From positions 7,998,001 to 8,062,000 of the forward strand of contig CATNEN010000039.1 of the NCBI GenBank assembly GCA_950097015.1: a stretch of DNA of 64,000 bases, in the 5' to 3' direction. Both the position numbers and the translations under genes were made by a program. The notes beneath the pieces are model-generated. The model did not search any database, was not told where the DNA came from, and saw nothing but the letters and a program-made list of their open reading frames with translations. This document shows, one piece after another, positions 1-13,456 of the stretch (positions within the stretch are counted from its first letter, which is position 1; each line of letters begins with the position of its first letter). Source of the DNA: Macrostomum hystrix. Its lineage: Eukaryota; Animalia; Platyhelminthes.

Positions 1-566
1 ACATGAACAACCCTACTATCTACCTGAGATATGACCAGCCCTATTCTCTACCTGAAACATGAACAACCTTAGTCTCTACCTGTTTTAAATCTTTCTTAGA
101 ATTAAAAAGACAAGTTGTTGTTGAAATTGTTTTAAATGTTTGCTTAAAATGTATTATTTTCATTGGCGCATGCAAGCCTGCATAAAATTGACAGAACATT
201 AGTCATTTCTTTCAGCTATTTTCAATACGAAGGCAATTTATTGGCCACAAAGGCTAATCAAAATCTAACAAATTTAGATCAATTTATAACAAATCTGATT
301 TTGTCAATTGACAGCAGTTGACACTAATTCATTTTTACACAGACTATTTATAGCAGAGAGTAGTGAAGCAAGAGAAATCAAGAGCGAAAATATTTGCACA
401 AGAAATGGCAGTAGAAGGTTTAGCTAAATCCAGGTGTCAATGGTGACACGTCAAATTGAAAATGACAAGGGCAACTCAAGTTGAAAAAGATGGATAACAA
501 TTCGCTAAGGGCTAAATTGCAGAGCTGAGTTTCCTATAAAAACCTTGGACTTTAAAGCAAAAAAAG

Positions 567-2132
567 TTACAGAGATGAACTGCCAGACTGGGCCAGTCGC
601 AGGCGCTCCGCCTTCTTAGCTGCGTACTCCTCGTAGCGGCAGATGGCGTAGTCCAAGAAGTCGAAGTCAATGCTGGAGTGGCACGCCTGCACCAGAGCCC
701 ACAGGGCCCAGAACAGGTGAGAGGCCAGCGAAAAGCCCGCCACCTGTCCGTACAGCTGCTCGACTCGTCCGTCAAGCGATTCATCGTTGAGCAGCCGCTG
801 AGAATTATCGCCTTCACAGCCACCCAGGCAGGCGTCGCGGTACTGCAGGTAGTTCCTGAGCCATGGCAGCTGGAAGTCCCTGTCCGGGTACCTGGAATGA
901 TCAACCGTGGCCACCCCGGCGAACTCGTTGAAGTGATTGGCGATGTCGAAAGGCAGGTAGTTGTAGGCGCAGTACTCGAAGTCGATCAGATAGACTCGCA
1001 GTTCGCGCTCATTGTAGACAAAGTTCTTAATGAGGGTGTCATTGTGGCTGAATACCACGGGGCACTTTAGGCGGCTCAGGTGATAATCCAGGTCGTCTAA
1101 CTCGGCTCGCAGGGCCGCTTTGTCAGGTATGGCAGCCTTGAGCTTGGCCTGACGCTCAGGTTCAGGGAAGGCGTCCGGCCCAAGCTCCAGGTAGCGACGC
1201 ATTGTTGGAAACAGCATCGGCTCTGGCCTGCCTGAGTCCAGCAGAGGCGCCTGCGAGAGAGGGAAATGTGGGGCATTGCTGACTGCTACTGTGTGGCATT
1301 GCTGACTGCTACTGTGTGGCATTGCTGACTGCTACTGTGTGGCATTGCTGACTGCTACTGTGTTGCATTGCTGACTGCTACTGTGTTGCATTGCTGACTG
1401 CTACTGTGTTGCATTGCTGACTGCTACTGTGTGGCATTGCTGACTGCTACTGTGTGGCATTGCTGACTGCTACTGTGTGGCATTGCTGACTGCTACTGTG
1501 TTGCATTGCTGACTGCTACTGTGTTGCATTGCTGACTGCTACTGTGTGGCATTGCTGACTGCTACTGTGTGGCATTGCTGTGGGGCATTGCTGACTGCTC
1601 ACCTGAATGCAGTGGAGGTTCGCCAGCTCCCTAGCAATCAGGCGAGCCACTGTAGGCTCTCGGATCATGTCCTCATCGGCCACCTGAAAAAGAAAAGTAC
1701 GAAAGCAATGCCGAGTGGGCCGAAGTGAACCAGCAAAGGAACATCAGAGCGTACATCTCCATGCGCATATCCGTAGCAGAGGCCGTTGGCAAAGGTGGCG
1801 TAGACGGGTTTGCAGAAGCCGTGCGCCTGCAGCAGCCGCATGTTGCGAATCTCTGCCTGCCGGTCGATGATTAAATCTGTCTTCTCGCCGTAGATTCGAA
1901 CTAGGACAACATCGTCGCCGAATTGGATTCGCTGGCCGAGGTGCACAGCCACCAGCTTGTTGGTGATGCCCTCCGTGAAGACCCGCTTGCCGCAGCTGGC
2001 AAACTGCCAGGCCGGCCGTACGTGCTCCAGGAGTGACTGCAGACCGGCGTCCAAGTTGGCCTCCGTGATTGACAGGTGAGCCAGGTGCAGCAGGTGCGGC
2101 TGTTCTGACAACTCGCTCTGATTGGTCATCAT
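567..2132 (-). CDS. ETNK1: Ethanolamine kinase (choline/ethanolamine kinase family), 3 coding exons, ~380 aa
   Basis: Exons 2132-1755, 1683-1603, 1250-567 (1143 nt, GT-AG introns, phase 0/0). Motifs: EGITNKL, VLVRIYGEKTDLIIDR, YATFANGLCY, Brenner motif HNDTLIKN, kinase motif IDFEYCAYNYLPFDIANHFNEFAG, SHLFWALWALVQ, SIDFDFLDYA. ETNK1 vs ETNK2 cannot be distinguished in an invertebrate. Confidence 0.93.
1268..1599. repeat. 23-bp minisatellite (~14 copies) filling ETNK intron 2
   Basis: Unit GGCATTGCTGACTGCTACTGTGT. Confidence 0.95.
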
Positions 2133-2627
2133 TGTGCTGCGGGGGTGGGCGCAACAGGCTCTGATTGGCTGGGCTGCAGACAAGCAGACTTATATTTGCT
2201 TGTAATTTCTAGATTTTCCAAACAGAACAAATAACAACCAGCTAACAGAAGCCTGTTCTGACTGCAGAATAAATAATGCAATAAATCGGTATATTTGCTG
2301 CTGAAAGAAGCTTTCAAATATAATTCAAGCCGCGATTGATAAAAAGGTGAATTAAGCGAAGACAAAATAGGCTGTTACTTCTAAAAAACGGTTATAAAAT
2401 ACAGGATTAAAGCATAGAAAGAAGATTAGAAAAAAACAAAACAATGCTTGCGGTTTAGGTGAAGCAAAGCAGAAGAGAATAACATTAGAAAACTAGGTAA
2501 CAGCAGCGCCCACTGCCAGGTTTGTTCAAGATAAAGATCTAATGCTAATGGCCCAATGCTTATCAACAACTCCAAATAATGCTTCACTGAATTATCCAAA
2601 ATGAGCTATTAATACTGATAATAAATG

Positions 2628-4180
2628 ATTACACCCTCGCTACTTCAGGGTTCAATATATTACACCCTCGCTACTTCAGGTAATCAATCTATTACACCCT
2701 TGGTACTTCAGGTAATCAATCTATTACACCCTTGGTACTTCAGGTAATCAATCTATTACACCCTTGGTACTTCAGGTAGTCAATCTATTACACCCTCGTT
2801 ACTTCAGGGTTCAATCTATTACACCCTCGCTACTTCAGGTAATCAATCTATGACACCCTTGGTACTTCAGGTAATCAATCTATTACACCCTTGGTACTTC
2901 AGGTAATCAATCTATTACACCCTCGCTACTTCAGGTAATCAATCTATTACACCCTTGGTACTTCAGGTAATCAATCTATTACACCCTTGGTACTTCAGGT
3001 AGTCAATCTATTACACCCTTGGTACTTCAGGTAGTCAATCTATTACACCCTCGCTACTTCAGGTAATCAATCTATTACACCCTCGTTACTTCAGGGTTCA
3101 ATCTATTACACCCTCGCTACTTCAGGTAATCAATCTATGACACCCTTGGTACTTCAGGTAATCAATCTATTACACCCTTGGTACTTCAGGTAGTCAATCT
3201 ATTACACCCTTGGTACTTCAGGTAGTCAATCTATTACACCCTTGGTACTTCAGGTAGTCAATCTATTACACCCTCGTTACTTCAGGGTTCAATCTATTAC
3301 ACCCTCGCTACTTCAGGTAATCAATCTATGACACCCTTGGTACTTCAGGTAATCAATCTATTACACCCTTGGTACTTCAGGTAATCAATCTATTACACCC
3401 TCGCTACTTCAGGTAATCAATCTATTACACCCTTGGTACTTCAGGTAATCAATCTATTACACCCTTGGTACTTCAGGTAATCAATCTATTACACCCTTGG
3501 TACTTCAGGTAATCAATCTATTACACCCTCGCTACTTCAGGTAATCAATCTATTACACCCTTGGTACTTCAGGTAATCAATCTATTACACCCTCGCTACT
3601 TCAGGTAATCAATCTATTACACCCTTGGTACTTCAGGTAATCAATCTATTACACCCTTGGTACTTCAGGTAATCAATACATTACACCCTTGGTACTTCAG
3701 GTAATCAATCTATTACACCCTTGGTACTTCAGGTAATCAATACATTACACCCTTGGTACTTCAGGTAATCAATACATTACACCCTTGGTACTTCAGGTAA
3801 TCAATCTATTACACCCTTGGTACTTCAGGTAGTCAATCTATTACACTCTTGGTACTTCAGGTAATCAATCTATTACACCCTTGGTACTTCAGGTAATCAA
3901 TCTATTACACCCTTGGTACTTCAGGTAATCAATCTATTACACCCTTGGTACTTCAGGTAATCAATCTATTACACCCTTGGTACTTCAGGTAATCAATACA
4001 TTACACCCTTGGTACTTCAGGTAATCAATCTATTACACCCTTGGTACTTCAGGTAGTCAATCTATTACACTCTTGGTACTTCAGGTAATCAATCTATTAC
4101 ACCCTTGGTACTTCAGGTAATCAATCTATTACACCCTTGGTACTTCAGGTAATCAATCTATTACAGCCTCGCTACTTCAG
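2628..4180. repeat. 32-bp minisatellite (~48 copies) between GIT and ETNK
   Basis: Unit TATTACACCCTTGGTACTTCAGGTAATCAATC. Confidence 0.95.
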
Positions 4181-5127
4181 TGCATAAATTCTAAAACCCA
4201 AAGGAACTATGTCTATGTCAGATGTAACAGAGTTCTAAAAAAAGCAACTAACAGCAATCAGCGAATTTCAGCAGTTAAAATCAATTATGAAAGCCAAGCA
4301 TCAAAGAAAATATTATAGACGAAAAATCGATAACTCAAAAGGATGAAGATCAGTGCAGATTCTGTAAGTAGTATAGTGCGAGTCTGAACTCTATTATCAG
4401 ATGAAAAATATTAATAATTTAGACTATTCTGAAGGGCACCGAAAGCAAAATCACTGCGCAAATTGTGACAACGCAAATTAAATATGAAACTTCTTCTCTA
4501 TCACAGAATAGAAAGCTATGATCATTATGATATATATAAATCAGGCGCATGAAAACTATAGAATTCCGAGATTCCAAATCAATGCAAAAGGTTAGATAAT
4601 ACTAGAATCGACTTATTGTGTGATCAGAGCTGAGTAATGATCTCAACTCAAAGTAATACAACTGTTTGCAGAGCTTGAGAATGCAGTTGCAGACTCTTAT
4701 AAAAAATACCAGAGCAGGTACTTGACCAGATCGATTTTTTCATATAATAATGCAGGCAAGTGCACTGGGAGACGACAATATAAAGATAGAGAAAATATTG
4801 TGAATAAAAAACAAACAAAAAATCGTGTTCTATTGCTGAAACAGTGAGTAGTATTAGCTGTAAAATGAAAGCGGGACGAAAAAAGTTATTTTAGACTGTT
4901 TTTAGCAGTTGAATAAATTAGAGAGGAAAAACTGCCAATCCGCGCACAATGCTACTCATGCTAGTTTTTATTTACTTACAAATCTGCCGCTAAGGGAGCT
5001 TAAGTAGTATAGTGCGCGCATAGTGCCATAGAGTAACTATCTGAAACACTCCAACTGCTACAGAGGGAATGCAGAACTGAATCAAACAATCTAGTAAGTA
5101 AAAATACAAAACTATAGTGTGCCGACT

Positions 5128-8100
5128 TCACTGAAACTGCGTCACCAACGCCTTAGCTGCCTTAGCAATATCGAAGCAGCACTGGATGACCTGCTGGGTG
5201 CGACGACTGAGCTCTGCCGGGCTGGCCGGACTGCGGCACTCGGAGCTTAGAGTTTCGGCAGCGTTCAGCAGGGCGTCCACGGCTTGGCGCTGATGGGCGT
5301 GATTCTGCCAGAAGGAGCAGGGTATGTACGTTGCATGTATATGGTATGCATATTAGATGCACATCGGATGTACACTAAATGTACATTAGATGTTCACTAG
5401 ATTTACATTAGATGTACATTAGATTTACGTGGGGTTTAGATTCGATGTACATGGGATGTACATCTAATGTACATGGGATGTACATTGGATTCTCAATGGG
5501 TGCATTTTTAATTACATTAAATTCGACGGTTTTGATCACTGTTTTGAACACCATCGTATGTACATCGCTTTCCAAGGATCATGTGTGCAAATTGGATTTC
5601 ATTAATTATATACATTTGGATAGGCTCCTTGGATAGGTGGATACGTAGATAAAATTAAAAATTGAATAAAATTTTACTACAAACTGGAAGCATAAATCGA
5701 TATGCGAAGAGATTCCATACTTAAGCTTGCTTAAGTTTTTTTAGGACAGCTGGCTGCATTAGTTGATGGCTATACAGATCGGCTTGGTTTGTACATGCAT
5801 CTTACCCTCGGCGCGATAGCGGTCATTCTGAGGACAGCCTGGTGAACCCTTTCGGCGCGCTCCGAGAAATTCTCATGAGAGCCGCTTCGAGCCGCTTCTA
5901 ACATTTTGTAGATCTCTGAAGTGATGGCTTCTGTGCGAGATACAACCTCCTCCTGAAATTCAAGAGAATGTGGAGAATATATATCACTGATATATTGGAC
6001 TGAGTAGGATTCCCCGAGACTCTGTGTAACTAAAAATAGCACTGGAGGGATTGCCGGCTCAAAAGTTCGCTAAAAATAGATTGGTGGGCAAGCATGTTAC
6101 TAAAAATAGACTAGCGGGCTTTCTCACAGAACTGCTGCTTGAATTTGAGTTTAATTAGCCAGAAGGATACATAAAAATAAGATAAGAGTGTTCAAAATTA
6201 CTCATAAGATTTATTAAATAGATAATAATGTACAAAGGCTATAAATTTCAAGCACACCTGAGTGGGCGGCCTTCGTTGATTGAAGGACTCGACCTTGACT
6301 TGCTCTGCGTCCTCCTCTTCGTCAGTTTCAGCGGGCGGCTGGTCATAATCAGCGTCTGCGTCATCGAAGGCGGCCGCAGCGGCGCCAGACGCCACAGCAA
6401 AAGCGCCAGTGACATCCAGATTATCGACGTCGATGTCCACGCAGTTAATCATCTGATTTGCTGCATTAATTTCACCTTCGCTTTCACATACGCGGTCAGC
6501 TGATTCGCATTCTGCGGCTGCCGGCTGTGACAGAGTGGGTGGCGGTGGCGGTGGCACCACTGGCGTAGGTCGGGCCACACTGGCAGCTGATATAGGCGCC
6601 GCCGACGACAGCAAAAGAGGCGGCGGCGGTGGTGGTTGGCGCGAAGACGAAATGGTGACGTCATCGAGGTCGTCGATAGAAAGTGGCGGAGGAGGCGGAG
6701 GCTCTAATTCTTCCAGATTCTCGTACCGCTGCTGATGCTGATGCTGCTGCAGTAGACGATGATGATGCTGATGATGATGGTGGTGGTGTTGACGGTGCTG
6801 CTGCTGGCCAATGGTGGTGTGCGGCCTGCCAGGTGCGGCAGCCGCTGTGGCAGCTGCAGCCGCGGCCTGCCGGATGCCGGCGCGCAGGAGGACGCCGGTG
6901 TTGAGCCCGCCGCAGCCAGCCGAATAATTCGATGTCGACGAATTGTTGCGCGACCGACAAGAGGCCGGCGACAGCGGCGGCGGCGGCGTTGGCGGCGGCG
7001 GAGATTTTGTCAAGGGTTGCGGCGGCGTCGGCGGCAGCTGGCCGACAGTGTGCGCACTGAGCAACTGATGCAGTCGCGTTGAGAGATCGGAGTTCTGGAA
7101 TTTTTTTGAACTCTATTTTTTTCTTTCTCATGGACACATAATCCATTGTCCCAGCCTCACCTGCGCCATCAGCACGTCAACCCGCTGTCGAAGCTGCCGA
7201 TTCTCTTCAGCCAGTCGAGCATTCATCGCACGAAGTGTTGTCAGCTCAGCTCCGTTAGCCGATTTTTTAATCTGTAGCTGCTGCTGTTGGTTAATGGGCT
7301 CTGAGTCATCGCAAGAAGCATCTGCATCAGGTGCTGCAGAGAAAGCTGCCGCTGCTACGTGTACTGTAGCTGGAGTTTTCTGGATAATCCATAAAACAAA
7401 TGTAGAGAGATAAAACTTTCATCCAAGTATTTAAACTACTGTGAGTAGGCTATTAAGAAAACGACAGATCAGTAAATTATAAATCGATTTATACAAATAA
7501 ATGCAAACAGCATCGATTGCGTTTGGTTGAGAGGTCCTCGTGGACTATTTTTCGACAACTTTTTTTCAGTTGGCTGTCTCTACAAGTAGAATTCTGTGAA
7601 GGTCAAAGTGAACTTGCGGGGCTAGAAATATTGAGAGAGATGAGAATGGGAATTTCACGAATCAGGTCAGGAGAGAAGTTCCAGTGAAGACAATTAATGA
7701 AAAGCGGGAAAGGATCAAACAGAAGCAGGGAGAGGATTAAAGAGAAGCAGGGAGAGGATTAAACAGAAGCAGGGAGAGGATTAAACAGAAGAAGGGAGAG
7801 GATTAAACAGAAGCAGGGAGAGGATTAAAGAGAAGCAGGGAGAGGATTAAACAGAAGCAGGGAGAGGATTAAACAGAAGAAGGGAGAGGATCAAACAGAA
7901 GCAGGGAGAGGATTAAACAGAAGAAGGGAGAGGATCAAACAGAAGCAGGGAGAGGATTAAAGAGAAGCAGGGAGAGGATTAAACAGAAGCAGGGAGAGGA
8001 TTAAACAGAAGAAGGGAGAGGATTAAACAGAAGCAGTGAGAGGATTAAACTGAAGAAGGGAAAGGATTAAACAGAACCAGGGAGAGGATTAAACAGAACC

Positions 8101-11100
8101 AGGGAGAGGATTAAACAGAACCAGGGAGAGGATTAAACAGAAGAAGGGAAAGGATTAAACAGAACCAGGGAGAGGATTAAACAGAACCAGGGAGAGGATT
8201 AAACAGAAGCAGGGAGAGGATTAAATTCACATAGAGGGAGAGGAAAGAGATGGGCAGCTGCAGTGCCTGGCAGATTTAGGACAGGAATAGAGAGGCCAGA
8301 TGGAAAGGAGGGCGGCAGGAAGGCAAGCGTGTGATTATCAGTGAGGGCCAGCTGCTATTCGGAGTCTGGAAAAGCTGGTGGAAGCTGGGCAGCGAACTCA
8401 CCTCCTCCAGATTTGAGCCAGAGAGATCACCGGCATGGCCAGGCCTATCCGCAGCGCTGGCAGCGGAGCACAGCTCTGACTTGGCATTTCGCAACTGGGG
8501 CAGAGAGTCGCCCGCTGTGCCACCCGATGGGCTGTCCTGCTCCTGCTGGGAGCAGAGCGGTGAAATATTTGTGGATTAATAGCAGCCGTTAAAATGTTAA
8601 CAGAAAGGATGGAAGAGAAAAGAGGAAAGAGGGAAAAAGGGAAGAGGGAAGAGGGAAGAGGTAAGAGAGAAGAGAGAAAATGGAAGTGAGAATAGGGAAA
8701 AGGAAAGAGGGAGGAGTGAAGAAGGAGGAGAGAATATGTAAGAGGGAAGAGAGAGTAGGGAAGAGGGAGGAGAGAGTAGGGAAGAGGGAGGAGAGAGTAG
8801 GGAAGAGGGAGGAGAGAGTAGGGAAGAGGGAGGAGAGAATAGGGAAGAGGGAGGAGAGAGTAGGGAAGAGGGAGGAGAGAGTAGGGAAGAGGGAGGAGAG
8901 AGTAGGGAAGAGGGAGGAGAGAGTAGGGAAGAGGGAGGAGAGAGTAGGGAAGAGGGAGGAGAGAGTAGGGAAGACGGAGGAGAGAGTAGGGAAGAGGGAG
9001 GAGAGAGTAGGGAAGAGGGAGGAGAGAATAGGGAAGAGGGAGGAGAGAGTAGGGAAGAGGGAGGAGAGAGTAGGGAAGAGGGAGGAGAGAGTAGGGAAGA
9101 GGGAGGAGAGAATAGGGAAGAGGGAGGAGAGAGTAGGGAAGAGGGAGGAGAGAGTAGGGAAGAGGGAGGAGAGAATAGGGAAGAGGGAGGAGAGAGTAGG
9201 GAAGAGGGAGGAGAGAGTAGGGAAGAGGGAGGAGAGAATTGGGAAGAGGGAGGAGAGAGTAGGGAAGAGGGAGGAGAGAATTGGGAAGAGGGAGGAGAGA
9301 GTAGCGAAGAGGGAGGAGAGAGTAGGGAAGAGGGAGGAGAGAATTGGGAAGAGGGAGGAGAGAGTAGGGAAGAGGGAGGAGAGAGTAGGGAAGAGGGAGG
9401 AGAGAGTAGCGAAGAGGGAGGAGAGAGTAGGGAAGAGGGAGGAGAGAATAGGGAAGAGGGAGGAGAGAGTAGGGAAGAGGGAGGAGAGAGTAGGGAAGAG
9501 GGAGGAGAGAGTAAATATTGCAAAATACTTGGCTTTTAAGCTAAAAATAAGAACGGTAAAAAGCAAAAAACTAAGCACGATGTCCATATGGTAATGAGAT
9601 GGCACGTTTAACCTTGTTGCTAATAGGCCAAAAACACAGCGTCAGTCAGTGTCAGCTAGACATAAAATTCATGCAAGCTAAAAGTACACAACGAACTTCA
9701 GACTACCGATTGATCGGCGGTTATGCTATGTAGATTTACATCCAACCCGAGAGTTTCCACCCGATAAGGTGGTTTGTGACCCGATAAGAATCTCTAACAA
9801 GGTCGCCTAGAGAAAAAAACATTTAATATTTTACAGCGCGCGTTCAAAGATAAACTAGAAACTCGCAAATGGAGAAGTCCCAACAGTTTTCTTAGAGCCG
9901 TGCGATTTTCCACCGAAAGTAGAAAAAACCGAGCAGTACTTATAAATAAGAAAAATACTAGAAAGTGGCTTGCTTCAGGGTTTTACCAATTAACCGACTT
10001 GGTGGAGAGAAATTTATATTTGTATGCATGTAATATACATGACCGAGAGGTCGGGGCTTCGAATCTCAGCTAAAGAGGAAGAAGTTTATGTCTTCTTGAG
10101 AGAGACACTCCATTCCCTAGTGATTCAGTTCACCCCAGCTGGAAATCGAGTACCAGTATTTGCTAGGTTATGGATTTGGTAGGCCCAGTCCACGGACTGA
10201 ACAGCTGCTCAATAGCTGCCTTTGGAAGCACCGAACAATAGATGCGGCTGTAATAATGACTGTACATCTGGCCAAACTAGCCCACCCTCCTTCCATCTCC
10301 CCACCCTCGTTCCCTCTCCTTACCCTCCTTCCCTCTCCCCACCCTCGTTCCCTCTCCTTACCCTCGTTCCCTCTCCTTACCCTCCTTCCCTCTCCTTACC
10401 CTCCTTCCCTCTCCTTACCCTCCGTCCCTCTCCTTACCCTCCTTCCCTCTCCCCACCCTCGTTCCCTCTCCTTACCCTCCTTCCCTCTCCCCACCCTCCT
10501 TCCCTCTCCCCACCCTCGTTCCCTCTCCTTACCCTCCTTCCCTCTCCTTACCCTCCTTCCCTCTCCCCACCCTCGTTCCCTCTCCTTACCCTCCTTCCCT
10601 CTCCCCACCCACCTTCCCTCTCCCAGGACAACCTTGTGCCCCTCATCAAGTAGACAAGGCTGGCTTCAGATACCATAGCACTAAATTATGCAGAAAATCT
10701 CTGGCTTTGCCTGACATTCAACTTTCCTACTGATAACACTTGTTAGAAATGATGGAATCGTGACAGACATTCCTAAATAGCGCAGCGACGAAAACAGCTT
10801 GTATATAAGAGCGGAAAACCAAATACCAGCTATAAAAACACATTTTTCAAAATAATTTAATGACAAAGCCTTTGCTGTCTAGAATTAACTTAAAACAAGC
10901 ATTTCATGCGATTCTGCTATTAATGACAGATGCTATGTGTTTATCTAGGGATTCATAAATCAGGGATCAGGGATTTGAGAATCAGGGGTTTGTTGAATCT
11001 GAAGTTGGTGAGCATCGAATATCAGCAGATGAGTACTCACAGTGGAAGGGGCGGCCCGCTTGAGTCTGAGCTGTGGATTAATGCTGGCGTACTCAGAGTC

Positions 11101-13404
11101 AGCAGGTACAGTGTCGTACACCGGATCGGCAAGGCGCGTGTCCGCTGACCGAGGCGGCGGCGGCGGAGGCGGGCCCCGACTGCCGGCCGGATGAAACTCG
11201 GATCTGCAGCGCTGCTGCTGCTGATACTGATGATAATGCTGCCGTTGCTGTGGCAGCAGCTGCTGCTGTTGCTGAAGATGCTCCTGCTGCAGCTGGGCCG
11301 TATCCACGATGCTGTCCAATGAGCTGCTGTGCTGCTGCTGACGGCTAAACCTGGCGCGCACCTAGCAAAAGAAGATTGATTGACTAGGACAACTCAAGCG
11401 CGGTTCTCTAAGAGATTTCAAAACCTAAAATATACTCGCTTTAAAGTATGCACTATCCTATTTTGCAGTCACTAACATCAAACCCATTTACAGACTTAAC
11501 ATACTGAAATCAAACACAAATCGGCACTTAAACACAGGTAACTCTCATACAGGTAACTCACACACAGATAACTCACACACAGGTAACTCACACACAGGTA
11601 TCTCACACACAGGTAACTCACACACAGGTATCTCACACACAGGTAACTCACACACAGGTAACTCACACACAGGTATCTCACACACAGGTAACTCACACAC
11701 AGGCATCTCACGCGCAGGCATCTCACACACAGGCATCTCACGCGCAGGTATATCACACACAGGCATCTCACGCGCAGGCATCTCACACACAGGCATCTCA
11801 CGCGCAGGCATCTCACACACAGGCATCTGACGCGCAGGCATCTCACACACAGGCATCTCACGCGCAGGTATATCACACACAGGCATCTCACGCGCAGGCA
11901 TCTCACGCGCAGGCATCTCACACACAGGCATCTCACACACAGGCATCTCACGCGCAGGTATATCACACACAGGCATCTCACACACAGGCATCTCACACAC
12001 AGGCATCTCACGCGCAGGCATCTCACACACAGGCATCTCACACACAGGCATCTCACACACAGGCATCTGACGCGCAGGCATCTCACACACAGGCATCTCA
12101 CGCGCAGGTATATCACACACAGGCATCTCACACGCAGGCATCTCACGCGCAGGCATCTCACACACAGGCATCTCACACAAAGGTAAATCACACACAGGTA
12201 TCTCATGCGCAGGCATCTCACGCGCAGGCATCTCACACACAGGCATCTCACGCGCAGGTATATCACACACAGGCATCTCACACACAGGCATCTCACGCGC
12301 AGGCATCTCACGCGCAGGCATCTCACACACAGGCATCTCACGCGCAGGTATATCACACACAGGCATCTCACACAAAGGTAAATCACACACAGGTATCTCA
12401 TGCGCAGGCATCTCACACACAGGCATCTCACGCGCAGGCATCTCACACAAAGGTAAATCACACACAGGTATCTCATGCGCAGGCATCTCACACACACGCA
12501 TCTCACACACAGGCATCTCACGCGCAGGTATATCACACACAGGCATCTCACACACAGGTATCCAACACAGCCGCAGCTCACCATTTCTGACGGCTGCAGG
12601 CCGCAGCGCCTGGCTGCCTCCTCCAGCGAATCGGCCAGGATGGCGCCGAACTCCCGGTTGCTCAGGCGGCCCAGCTTCTGCCGGCCCTGATTCCTAGTTG
12701 ATGAGTAGTGCGGACTCAGCGGCAGGAAGAACAGTTCGAGCACACCGAAGGCGCCGGTAGCCTGATGGCAGCGCTGCTGCACAATGCGGTTGTTGTCTCG
12801 CCTGTCCAGTTCGTCATACAGATCCCGGCACAGCTCCTGTGATGGGGTCGCCAAGTTGCGGTCAGGGATGAGATATCAGCTGATCCCGAGGGGCAAGTCT
12901 GATGGACTTGTTATCATTTATCATTGAATTGCTTGGGATAAATCTGATGGGATAACATTTTGTTGCTTGGGATAAATCTGATGGGATAACATTTTGTTGC
13001 TAGGGATAAATCTAATGGGATAACATCTTGTTGTTTGGGATAAATCTGATGGAATTATAAGCTACTTTAGGAAATATCTAATGGGGTATCTAGCTGGTCT
13101 CATTAGATAAACCTGACCTCTAGAAGGCGACCCTGCACACTGAATCCACAAACCTGGAAGGCTCGATCAGGCAGCGTGGCCAGCCGCACGCGGCCCTCCC
13201 TGGTGGCTGAGGCCGACTTGTCTGGCGAGCGATCGTCGCCGCGGTCCGGTAGCAGGAAATGCCAGGCGGCGCCAACAACACCCAACCGATGAGCGGGCTG
13301 CCTGCCGCACAGGTAAAGGCTGAACCTGTCAGTCAGCTCGTACTGGGCTTCGATTAAAGACTGCCGAATCGCTGGAAGGCTGTTCTGTAGCTGCGGCTGC
13401 GGCG

Positions 13405-13456
<52 letters not shown>

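Noticed and set aside
512-1070. Alternative-frame and antisense ORFs overlapping the kinase (and similar ones over GIT, LicD and MCMDC2 exons)
   Set aside because: Shadow ORFs of GC-rich coding exons; the conserved protein is in another frame.
2628-4180. CRISPR-like array (32-bp repeats; likewise 42246-42906 and 35679-36170)
   Set aside because: Units are head-to-tail with no unique spacers, there are no cas genes, and the context is eukaryotic.
8589-9605. Long ORFs of 300+ aa (LSSLFPT / KREERVG repeats)
   Set aside because: Stop-free translations of a 21-bp intronic minisatellite, open in several frames on both strands.
11496-12581. Cys-rich VRCLC / CEMPV repeat protein (metallothionein- or keratin-like)
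   Set aside because: Read-through from a GIT exon past the GTGAGC donor at 12581 into a 15-bp array.
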